This document shows positions 50,549-60,012 of a DNA stretch of 64,000 bases, piece after piece (the stretch's first letter is position 1; each line of letters opens with the position of its first letter). The notes below the pieces were generated by a model that searched no databases, had not been told where the DNA came from, and saw nothing but the letters and a program-made list of their open reading frames with translations. The DNA lies in the IMG/VR virus record IMGVR_UViG_3300020201_000015, positions 1-64,000 of that record; one strand, 5' to 3'. This DNA is from a virus. The translations under genes were made by a program, and so were the position numbers.

Positions 50549-51417
50549 TCCGCGTCGGCTGCGACGCACCTTCCAAGCTTACAACGGTTGCGTCGACCAT
50601 CGCCAGCACGGGCGCACGCAAGGTGGTAGCGATCTCGCCAGCCAGGTTCCGCCTTGAGCTACCCGACTGCGGGGCCCTGGTCGAGCACATCGAATGGGCC
50701 GAGGTCATACAGTACAAGCACTTCTACCGCCTCGTGCAAGAGACCGACTCGTCGACCCTAGTCGTCGTCAACGAGTGCCTGCGAACGCAGAGCAGGCACG
50801 ACCTGACGTACAACTGCATCCGTCACTTCCTCAACCAGACGCCGCACCAGGTCATCTTCCAGCGGTTCCCGATCATCGACTCTCTCGACGATCTCATGAC
50901 GCTGGTCGACTTCGACACGCGCAGTAGGTGGAAGCGCGAGCCATTCGACCGCGCGATGCTCGCGGACATCGACATCGCGGTGGAGCGGCGCGACGTCACG
51001 CTAAGTGCCGTGGACGTCGAGACCGACGAGGCTACGCGCGTCGCCTACGGGCGCGAGAAGCGCCGACTGCTTGACGGCATCGGCCTCAAGGACCCGCACA
51101 CGATCCCTCGCAACCTGCACCTGATGGCTGGCAAGTCGAAGATGGCAGTGGCCGCCGCCGACCAGCTCTACGTCGGCCGCAACGCCCGCCTTGGCATTCG
51201 CGGGCTCGAGACATATCGCGACGTCGCCACGACAGAGCCGCGGGACGTCTTCGAGTTCTGTCACAACGTGATCGACTTCTCTGACTTTCTCGCCGTCACC
51301 GGGCAGAGCGTCGTTCGCGCGCTCGTCTCCGATCTTCGAGTTGATCGCTGGTACTTCGACCGCTTCACCGCTTGGGCACGGAGGGTCAGCGATGCCTACT
51401 CAGCGATACTCGGGTGA
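50545..51417 (+). CDS. Conserved-looking protein, possibly a degenerate SF2 helicase domain
   Basis: LVVVNEC resembles Walker B but no Walker A is seen; coupled within the operon. Confidence 0.45.
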   Translation: MIRVGCDAPSKLTTVASTIASTGARKVVAISPARFRLELPDCGALVEHIEWAEVIQYKHFYRLVQETDSSTLVVVNECLRTQSRHDLTYNCIRHFLNQTPHQVIFQRFPIIDSLDDLMTLVDFDTRSRWKREPFDRAMLADIDIAVERRDVTLSAVDVETDEATRVAYGREKRRLLDGIGLKDPHTIPRNLHLMAGKSKMAVAAADQLYVGRNARLGIRGLETYRDVATTEPRDVFEFCHNVIDFSDFLAVTGQSVVRALVSDLRVDRWYFDRFTAWARRVSDAYSAILG

Positions 51418-52519
51418 GACCGTTCTTGAGGCCGCGCGTAGACGCATGGCGTTCGTGTTCGACTCCTTCCAGGAGATCATCGTTTCGATCAGCGGCGGGA
51501 AGGACTCCACCGTCCTCGCTCACCTCGCTCTCGTAGAGGCGCATCGCCGAGGGCGGCGCGTCGGGATGTTCTTCCTGGACGAGGAGGTCATGTACCAGGA
51601 GAGCGTCGAGCAAGTCGACTACCTGATGTCGCTCTACCCGGAGAACACCAAGCGCATGTGGCTCCAGGTGCCTTTCCGCCTGACCAACGCGACGTCCGTG
51701 GAGGCCGGTCAGCTCGACTGCTGGGCGCCGGGCGAACACAAGGTGTGGATGCGCCCGAAGCGGGCCGACGCGGTCAAGGCGAAGCCTTGGGACATCGCCA
51801 CCGAGACCGTAGCGTGCGCGGCTAAGGGATTCGGCTTCTACGACGCCATCGCCAACTTCGAGCGGACCCACCACGGAGCCGCGTTTCTCGTTGGGCTGCG
51901 CGCGGCTGGCGAGTCGCCCAACCGGTGGCGCGCCGTCGTGAAGAACCCGATCGACGTCGCCGGCAAGTCGGTCTTCTGGGGCACCAAGAAGCGCGACAAT
52001 TCCGTTCTCTACCCGGTCTTTGACTGGAACCACCACGACGTGTGGCGGTACATCCACGACGAGAAGATCCGCTACTCCAAGGTGTACGACTGGCAGTTTC
52101 GCAAGGGCTACGCGCTCAACCAGATGCGCGTGTCGTCGCTTATTCACGAGCGCGCCTTCAAGTCGATCTGCGACTTGCCAGAGTTCGAGCCCAAGACGTT
52201 CGAGCGGCTCAGTCGACGGATCAAGGGCATCTCCATGGCCCAAGAGACCGGCAAGAGCGCCAAGATGTTCGCCTGTCGGAAGCTGCCGAAGAACTTCCGA
52301 TCGTGGCGAACCTACCGCGACTTTCTGTTTGCTACGCACTCGGACCAGGCGCGGCGGCCCATCTTCGAGCGGCGCTTCGCGAAGCAGCTCGACAACGAAC
52401 ACGTGGCCCGGCAGCAATGCCGGCAGCTCATCCTGAACGACTACGAGAACAACCTTCCCGTCGACAACAAGCCAGACCCGCGAGACGAGACGATCCGCTA
52501 CTACGAGGAGGTCCTGTGA
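51392..52519 (+). CDS. ibrA: PAPS-reductase-family PP-loop protein (IbrA-like)
   Basis: SISGGKDST, FLDEE, LVGLRA.ES.NRW, YPVFDW...DVW, MRVS. Confidence 0.8.
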   Translation: MPTQRYSGETVLEAARRRMAFVFDSFQEIIVSISGGKDSTVLAHLALVEAHRRGRRVGMFFLDEEVMYQESVEQVDYLMSLYPENTKRMWLQVPFRLTNATSVEAGQLDCWAPGEHKVWMRPKRADAVKAKPWDIATETVACAAKGFGFYDAIANFERTHHGAAFLVGLRAAGESPNRWRAVVKNPIDVAGKSVFWGTKKRDNSVLYPVFDWNHHDVWRYIHDEKIRYSKVYDWQFRKGYALNQMRVSSLIHERAFKSICDLPEFEPKTFERLSRRIKGISMAQETGKSAKMFACRKLPKNFRSWRTYRDFLFATHSDQARRPIFERRFAKQLDNEHVARQQCRQLILNDYENNLPVDNKPDPRDETIRYYEEVL

Positions 52520-53142
52520 CGAAACGACGAGAAGCGTCCGTGCTGAGAATCGACACCGCAGAACAGGGACTCGCCGCAGTGGCATCGCGGTCCGTGGAGT
52601 ACGTCACGGCCGCATCCGGGAAGCGCGTCCCTGTGCCATGCATGTCGACGTGGCTGGTGAGCCCGGCGATGGTGGTGGCCAATGGGTACAACCCGAACCA
52701 CGTACCAGAGGAGAAGATGAAGCTGCTTCGGCAGAGCATCCTCGATAACGGGTTTTGCTTCCCCATCGTCACGATATGGGACGCCGAGCAGGAAAAGTTC
52801 ATCATCGTCGACGGCTTCCACCGAAGTCTCGTCGCGAGCGGCGAGTGGCTCGGGCTCGACTACGTGCCGATCGTGGTGCTCGACCACGGGCCGCGGCAGC
52901 GCATGGCGGCCACGGTGCAATTCAACAAGGCGCGGGGCGTCCACCAGGTGGACCTCGACGCCGAGGTGATTCGCGCGCTCATCGAGCAGGGCATGTCCGA
53001 AGACGAGATCTCGACCCATCTTGGAATCGATCTGGAGACCATCCATCGGTACAAGCAGGTGACTGGCGTGGCCGCGCTGTTCGCCAAGGCCGACTACTCG
53101 CGAGCATGGGAGATGGTCGACGATGACGTCGTCAGCCCGTGA
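52516..53142 (+). CDS. ibrB: ParB/Srx-fold protein with HTH (IbrB-like)
   Basis: AN.YNPN.V, SI..NGF..PIV, IVDGFHR, ATVQFNKARG.H. Confidence 0.85.
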   Translation: MTKRREASVLRIDTAEQGLAAVASRSVEYVTAASGKRVPVPCMSTWLVSPAMVVANGYNPNHVPEEKMKLLRQSILDNGFCFPIVTIWDAEQEKFIIVDGFHRSLVASGEWLGLDYVPIVVLDHGPRQRMAATVQFNKARGVHQVDLDAEVIRALIEQGMSEDEISTHLGIDLETIHRYKQVTGVAALFAKADYSRAWEMVDDDVVSP

Positions 53143-53947
53143 GCCGCGACTATCCGCGGACGACGTCCGGGCGTGGGACATCTGGCGCAGGGCTGCGCTG
53201 GTCCACGCTCGGTCGCAGCGACACCTGCGCGCTGTTGACAAGGCTCGGCGCATCGTCGCCGACGGGCTCGAGAAGGCTCCGCGTGCGGCGCTGATGTGGA
53301 GCGGAGGCAAGGACTCCACCGCGATGACGCACTTGGTTTGCGTCGACATGGGCGCCGGCGTCGACGTGATCAGCGAGAAGGACGACCTCGACTACCCAGG
53401 CGAGGTCGAGTACGTGACGGCGCTTGCGGAAGCCTGGGGCTGCAAGCTTCGTATCGTCACGCCAGGGCAGTCGCCGGTGGCTTGGATGGATGCGCACGCG
53501 CACGAGCTTGACGCTGGCGACGACATCCACTCGCGCGCGGCCGGGCTTAGCAAGGCGTGCTTCTATGCGCTAGTCGAGGCCGCTACGACGTCGTACGACG
53601 GCATCTTGCTAGGGCTCCGGCAGGAGGAGAGCCACGGCCGACGGATGAACGCCGCGACGCACGGGGCGTGCTACCGGCGCAAGTCTGGGCAGTGGACGAT
53701 CGCGCCGCTCACCTACTGGAGCGGACTCGACGTGTTCGCGTACCTTCTCTCGCGCGACATCGATCCACTGCACGTCTACCGATGCATCGCGTTCATGCAC
53801 GCGCGCGAGCCATGGCGACTGCGCAAGTCGTGGTGGATACCAGGCGCGAGCTCGCGGCACGGAGGGACAGCCTGGCTCCGCCACTACTACCCGACCCTGT
53901 TTCGCCGCCTGCTCCAGTGGATCCCATCTGAGCGGTCGTTTACCTAG
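53123..53947 (+). CDS. CysH-like PAPS-reductase-family protein (type IV-B-associated type)
   Basis: WSGGKDST, LGLRQEES.GR, PL..WS..DVFAY, WLRHYYP. Confidence 0.85.
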   Translation: MTSSAREPRLSADDVRAWDIWRRAALVHARSQRHLRAVDKARRIVADGLEKAPRAALMWSGGKDSTAMTHLVCVDMGAGVDVISEKDDLDYPGEVEYVTALAEAWGCKLRIVTPGQSPVAWMDAHAHELDAGDDIHSRAAGLSKACFYALVEAATTSYDGILLGLRQEESHGRRMNAATHGACYRRKSGQWTIAPLTYWSGLDVFAYLLSRDIDPLHVYRCIAFMHAREPWRLRKSWWIPGASSRHGGTAWLRHYYPTLFRRLLQWIPSERSFT

Positions 53948-53990
53948 CCTTTCCGAGGCCTTGCGGGCGAGTCGAGGAAAGATCGTCGAA

Positions 53991-54067
53991 ACACCTTGCA
54001 CGGGGTACGTGCCGGGTGCATACTCCTCTTGCCACCGAGACACGGACCCCCCGAAAGGACCCCGACC
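53991..54067 (+). promoter_or_regulatory. Repeated promoter and leader, copy 2
   Basis: TTGCAC(53996)-N17-CATACT plus the same leader. Confidence 0.8.
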
Positions 54068-54510
54068 ATGAAGACCAAGGTAACCATCTCACAACGCGCC
54101 GACATCGAGGCCGCTCGCGTCTCGTCGACAGACGCCACGTTTGTGGCCGTGTGCGAGGCCGCGCTAGGCGGCCCGATGGCGCCCAACCCGATGGGGGCAG
54201 GCAAGGTCGGAGCAAAGGGCGCGATCGCGTACCTGCGATCCATTAGGGTGATCGAGGTGGCGTCGTGAGCGAGTACACTTTTGGTCTACGTGGCGCGACT
54301 GAGACGCGCGATCTTTGCCGCCCCAAAAACCGGGCAAAGATCCGCAGGATTGAAACGCTGCACGGCGTCACCTGGACGTCGTACGAAGGACCGGAGAAGC
54401 GCCTCAGGTCCTGGTTCTCCGGGCCGAACAAGGGGGAGCCGTTCGACCGCTCGCTCGCGGCTGACGTGCTAGCCAGCATGGTGGCCGCAGGTCTCGACTC
54501 CACGACCTGA

Positions 54511-54602
54511 GCCTCGACCCTCCGTGTCTGCCTGCCTCCACGAGGCTGGCGGACGCGGGCGCTGAGCCCGACCTGACACGGACCTAACAAGGACCCCGAC
54601 CC
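54511..54602 (+). repeat. Structured intergenic repeat, copy A
   Basis: CCGTGTCTGCC-T-GCCTC-CAC-GAGGC-T-GGCGGACGCGG then GCGCTGAGCCCGAC and the leader. Confidence 0.85.
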
Positions 54603-55139
54603 ATGACCACATCGAAGACCGCCGCCGCCGCCAACACCCTCGCACTCGTGGCGCATGCGCGCCGCGTCGCCAGTATCGGATCGATGATCCGGATGACGGC
54701 TAAGCGCTGCGCCCAGGAGGCTCAGTGGGCGCTCGGCAGGGGCGACATCTACGCCTATCACACGCTGCTCGATGCGGAGACCGCGATTCGCACTCCCCTG
54801 CGCATGGTGTTCTTGCAGCCGAGGCCCGCGCCGATCGCGGCGCCGGTCAAGAAGGCCGCGATGAGCGATGCCGCTGCACTCGCGGCTGCCGTGGCGGCCG
54901 CCGAGGCGATGCCGGAGGAGCGGGAGCGCGTCGCTGTCGACGCGGCCGCCGAGCCGATGGTCCGCCGGATCATCGAGGCGGCGGCGCTGACGAGCGCGGT
55001 GTGGTGGCCCGAGAGCGAAGAAGAGGACGGCGCCCGCACGGTGGAGCTCGACCTCATTCAGGCGCGCCGCCTGACCCACGCACTCGGTGCCGCAGGCGTC
55101 TCCTACTCCTACAGCGAGGGCATGTAGAAAGATCTGCGA

Positions 55140-55214
55140 TAGTTCTTGCACTGGGTACGCGCCCGGTGCATACTCCTCTTGCCACCTGACACGGACCACG
55201 AAGGACCCCGACCC
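55140..55214 (+). promoter_or_regulatory. Repeated promoter and leader, copy 3
   Basis: TTGCAC(55146)-N17-CATACT plus the same leader. Confidence 0.8.
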
Positions 55215-55681
55215 ATGAACGCAATGATCGCACTCGCAAAAATCTCCGACATGCACATCCGGGCGCTGCACGCCGACGCGGTGCACGGCAGGGCTGCGAC
55301 CCTCGCACTGGTGGGGCCCGACTCAGGGCCCGAAGCGGACGTCTGGTACGAAGCCGCTTGCGCCGTAGTGAAGGTCTACAGCGCGGAAATCTTCCGGCGC
55401 CATATCGTCCGCGCGGAAGCCGCGGTGGCGACGTGACCGCCGTCGCCACGCACACCGCAGAAGACTGGGTATCGTCGATCGTCCCGATCTGTTGGGTCAA
55501 TGGTGAGGCGCACTCGACTCGGCAAGTCGACGCTGGTCGCGAGGTCTACGTGGCGGTCCTTCGTGGTGCCAGCACGCGACCGTCTTACGCCTTCTCGCGG
55601 CGCGACCTGGCCCAAACCATGCTTGGAACTTGGGCCGGCGATGTGCTGAGCGTCACCCTGCGCTCGGATGTGGCGGCCTGA

Positions 55682-55776
55682 GGCCTCGCCTTCCGTGTCT
55701 GCCTGCCTCCTCGGAGTCTGGTAGACGCGGGCGCCGAGCCCGACAGACACGGACCCAACCAAGGACCACCGACCCC
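55682..55776 (+). repeat. Structured intergenic repeat, copy B
   Basis: Same stem, with GGTAGACGCGG as the 3' arm. Confidence 0.85.
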
Positions 55777-57426
55777 ATGACCATCTCGACTGCCGCAGCC
55801 CTCATCGCCCGATCCATCTCGCACACGGAGATCGCGTCCGCTACCTGGTCGACGGAACTCGCAGCCGCACTCGACATCGAGTGCGACGACGGCGTCGACG
55901 CCAGCGACACCGTCACGGAGTACTGGGGCGTGACGCTCGACGGCGACGAGTGGCGCGTCCACCTGACCGGCGCGCGCTCGGTCGAGGTGGCGTCGTGAGC
56001 GCGGCGCTCGTCGCCTCGGTCGACGCGATCGCGGACAGGCGCGTCGAGGCCCTCACGGCAGCCCTCCAGCGCCTCGGCTGGAAGTGCCAGCAGGCAGACC
56101 TCGACCTCGCCGCGAGGACGGCGAGGATTGCCTTCAAGCACCACACGGGCAGGGTCGTCACCCTGGATGCTGACGGGCTGGGGCGCGTCTCGCTGACGCG
56201 GGAGCAGCACTCGTCGTGCCCCGTGCTGGTGGGTCGCCGTGGCGACCGGCAGAGGGCAGAGCGTCACGTCGTCGAGTTCATCGGACGCACGCGGCACAGC
56301 GGCATCCGCTCCGCCATGCGGAGCCTGGCCGACTACCTGGCCGACAACTCCGGCTGCGACCGTGCCCTGGCGCGCGCGCCGCTGGCGGGGTTGCTCTCGT
56401 CCGAGGTGTCGTCGTGACCGCCGGCGACCGCATCGAGGTCGACGTCTACTTGCACCTGTGCCCCAGGCACGAGGGCGCCGGGTGGTGCCCCGAGTACGAT
56501 GACTGTCAGAACGCTCCGGGCATCTGGGGCACAGACTACCCCGAGCGGAGCTGCGAGGGCGGCGCTCCCCACCTCGGGGTGCTTCTCGAGGTCGGAGCGG
56601 GCCCGACTGCCGGCCGCGTCCGCATCCAGCTTGACGGCGACGCGCAGCCAGAATGGCGCGACATCGAGCGCGTCTACCCGGCCCAGGCGGCGTCGTGAGC
56701 GCCGCGGACGACGCGTCGGAGCGCGTGCGCGCCATGATGGCCCAGGGGACGCCGTACGTGTGGACGGTCGAGGAGGCGCTGGCGCGACACGCCGAGAACT
56801 ACGGCTACGAGTCGGATTGGCCCCACTGCGAAGTGTACGAGGACCGCGGGCACCTACTCGCGGAGGTGTACCGCATCGGCGCCGTGAGCGCCCAGCTGGA
56901 GGCGCTGGTCCGAGCTGCGCTGCTCGCGTCGAGGAACCAGGGGGAGACATGGGGGAGCCGCGGCGGCAGCAGCTACTACAGCACCGAGGAGGACGTCGCG
57001 GTGGTGGATGCAGAGGCGAAGGCCGCCGCTGAGAAGGTCATGCGCGCGATCGCGAGCATCTCGTGAGCGCCAAGAAGTGCGGCGCGTTCTACGCCGACGC
57101 CGACGACGTGAGCGGGCCGTGCGCCCGAGCGTCTGGACACGACGGCAATCACGAGGACCTCCGCGGCGACGCCTGGGCGCAGGAGCGGACCGCGACGGCT
57201 CCGCCTGCCGTCAGCCCTGCCGAGGCGAAGGGCCGGTGCAAGTCATGAGCGGCGAGCGCGAGCAGCACTCGGCGGACTGGCAGCGCTTCATCTCTCGCCG
57301 CGAGAGCATGGTCGCAGCCGAGCAGTGGGAGGTGTGGAGCGACGGCATGCTTCAGGACAGCTGGCGCACGCGGTATCTCGCCCGCCTGCACATGCACTGG
57401 ATCAAGCTAGCAGCGGGGGTGGCGTC

Positions 57427-57616
57427 GTGAGCGGCAAGGTCGCAGACGACACGTCGCAGCGCTCGCGTTCGCGCGGGTCGTACCGCTACACGCTCACCAC
57501 CGACGTGGTCGAGTGGGTACGCGCAGAGGCGGCGCGCCGCCAGGTGTCGGCAAGCGAGGTGGTACAGGATGCGCTTGCGGAGGCGCGAGATCGGCTTATT
57601 CGAGGGGGGGGGGTAA
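57427..57616 (+). CDS. Ribbon-helix-helix-like regulator; end depends on a poly-G tract
   Basis: YTLT.DVVEWVRAEAARRQVSASEVVQDAL; as given it reads through to 58023. Confidence 0.55.
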
Positions 57617-57620
57617 CAAA

Positions 57621-57705
57621 CAGTTCTTGCATGGGGCACGTACCGGGTGCATACTCCTCTTGCCACCGAGAGACACGGACCCGGACCCCAAAGGACCCCG
57701 ACCTC
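57621..57705 (+). promoter_or_regulatory. Repeated promoter and leader, copy 4
   Basis: TTGCAT(57627)-N17-CATACT plus the same leader. Confidence 0.8.
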
Positions 57706-58023
57706 ATGAAGACGACGACGACCCACACGATCACCGAGCTTGGCGACTACGGCGCCCGCGTGCACCGCGGTACGTTCGAGGTCTTCTGCGCCGCCGGCAC
57801 CAGGCGCGCGGGTGGGGAGTGGGCGATCGTGTCCCGAGACGGGGAGACCAATACGGAGCCGACGGCGTCCGTCACGGACGGGCCGAAGGGGCCCATCCCC
57901 GGGCCCGTGCTCGCTTCTATCCGCGCGGCTCTCGTAGACCTTCCGCGCTCTGAGCATGAGGAGCGAGAGCGGATGCGACCACTGGTCATCGAAGCCATGT
58001 GGAAGCGCCGCGCGGCAGCCTGA

Positions 58024-58108
58024 GGCCTCGCCTTCCGTGTCCGCCCGCCTCATCGGAGGCTGGTAGACGCGGGCGCTGAGCCCGACCCCCGAAGAAGGAC
58101 TGACCCCC
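58024..58108 (+). repeat. Structured intergenic repeat, copy C
   Basis: Same stem; loop ATCG; shortened leader lacking GACACGGA. Confidence 0.85.
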
Positions 58109-59446
58109 ATGAAGACCGCGACTGCCGCCATCTCGAGCCCAGACCCCGCCACGGAGACCGTGGACCTGCGAGCTGAGGCGGTGCCGATTGCCACCCTCGT
58201 GCACGGCGACGAGCACGCACAGGTCCAGCGCGGCTACGTCTACCGGTGCAGCGCGGAGAGCGCTGATGCGAGCGAAGGCGTCGGGTATTTCGGGGACGAT
58301 TCCCCCCCGTGCGCGGCAGAGTACCTGTGCTGCGCAGACGCGAGCGAGGGCACCTACCTGGTGATCTCGACCGAGGCATCTGCCGATGACATCCACGTCG
58401 TGGACGGTTGGAATCTCGAACCGGCCGAAGATCTCGAGGTCGGCGAGGTCTTCGACGACGGGGTCTGGGTCGTCGTCGTCGTCAAGGCCCGGGGCCACCT
58501 CTGCACCGTCGCGGGGTCGCTGTGACCGCCCCCGTCGCCGAGCGCCACGACTGGGCGACCGACATGGGCCTGAGCGCCGAGGACATCGAGCCTCTCACGA
58601 CCGCGCACCTGTCGGCCGCGGAGATATGGCTCGCGTCTGCGTCGGAGCGGCTCCCTCCCTTCTCGGCGGTCCGCTACCGCGGTCCGACCGTTGGCTGGTC
58701 GCCTCACTCTGGACTGGTCGGGCGCGTCGACACCGGGCCCGTGCTCCTGCCGTGCGGGAACCCGGGCGAGCACAAACGCGAGCGCCCCATGGCCCTCGTC
58801 CGGTTCGCCGACGACCTCGGGGGTATCTACTGCGAGACGGACCGACTCGACGCCCTGGTGTCGGGCGCGCGCGTCTCGCGCGACATTGCCGACGGAGACG
58901 TCCAGCGTGGGCAACTCGTCACGGGGAACGTCGTGGCTCGCAAGCTCTACGGCTGCGGAGATCTCGAGCTTCACGCGCTCGTTTCGTGGGATGACGTCGA
59001 GACCTTGGGCGACGCACTCGACGGGGCGAGAGCATGGGAGCCGCTGCGGTTGCTGGCGTTCGAGGGGCGCTCATGAGCCTCGAATGCATCGACGGGCCCG
59101 ATGGATGCCGGGGCGCCGTGCAGGCCAGATGGCCGGGGTACGGGTCGGGCGCTTTCGTCCGATGCGAGCGCCACGGGGATGCACGCGTCGAGCGGGAGCA
59201 AGAGAACAGGCGCAAGTACTTCGGCCCCCAACCTTCTGACTTTTCGCCCGACGACGCGGGCGAGACTTGGAGCGAGTAGATGGATCCCACTGAAAACTGG
59301 AAACGGCAGGCTCTCGCCGCGGCGCAGATCGTCGCTCTCATCGATGCCGAAGGCGACCAGGGCGAGATCGCAGATCTCGCCAGCAGCCGTCAGCCGGCGC
59401 ACCTGGCGACATCGACCGCGAGCCGCCCGCTGGCCGAGGTGTCGCA

Positions 59447-59818
59447 GTGACGCCCGTGGCGTTCCGCGATCTGGCGATCGTCGCAATCGAGCGGCAGATC
59501 GCCGCAGGGTCGAGGCTCGTGTGGGATCGCTGGGGACTGCTCGGCGACGACGGCGCCCCGCTGTCGTGCGGATGCGCCGTCGCCCTGGTCATCCAGGACG
59601 CCGACCCCGCAGCGGCGCGAGAGGTCGTGCGAGATAGCTCATCCTTGGATGCCGACGATGTCCGAGTCGCCGCGGCCCACGCACTTGGGCTGACGCCGAA
59701 ACAGGTCGACCAGTTCATCGCCGGGTTCGACGGGCGCGGCGAATGCACCAGCTCATGGCACCTCGCCGGCATGGCCGTCGCGCATCGGTTCGCCTCTGTC
59801 CTGCTGGTGTCGCAGTGA
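59447..59818 (+). CDS. MTPE-family paralog 4
   Basis: MTPVAFRDLAIVAIERQIAAG...CGCA...F.AGFD. Confidence 0.7.
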   Translation: MTPVAFRDLAIVAIERQIAAGSRLVWDRWGLLGDDGAPLSCGCAVALVIQDADPAAAREVVRDSSSLDADDVRVAAAHALGLTPKQVDQFIAGFDGRGECTSSWHLAGMAVAHRFASVLLVSQ

Positions 59819-60012
59819 ACCGCGCCACCACTACGGAGCACGCGCGGACCAAGCCACGGGTGACCATCGTCCTGGCGCCCGACGTCCACGCGACCGGCAA
59901 GCGCCTTGCCGCGACCGATGGCAGGTCGCTCTCGTCGCTCATCGAGCGGCTCATCCTCGCGGCCGCGGACGCATCCAAGCCGGTCAAGGTGCCCCGTCCG
60001 CGCGGCAAATGA
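59815..60012 (+). CDS. Ribbon-helix-helix-like regulator
   Basis: RVTIVL..DV....KRLAA.DGRSLSSLIERLI. Confidence 0.65.
   Translation: MNRATTTEHARTKPRVTIVLAPDVHATGKRLAATDGRSLSSLIERLILAAADASKPVKVPRPRGK

Noticed and set aside
51392-53947. Sulfate-assimilation auxiliary metabolic genes (true cysH)
   Set aside because: No other cys genes and no C-terminal ECG(L/I)H motif; the context points to nucleic-acid-related PP-loop enzymes
11668-59818. Diversity-generating retroelement behind the duplicated segments
   Set aside because: No reverse transcriptase is in the window, and mismatches across the paralog families are not confined to adenines
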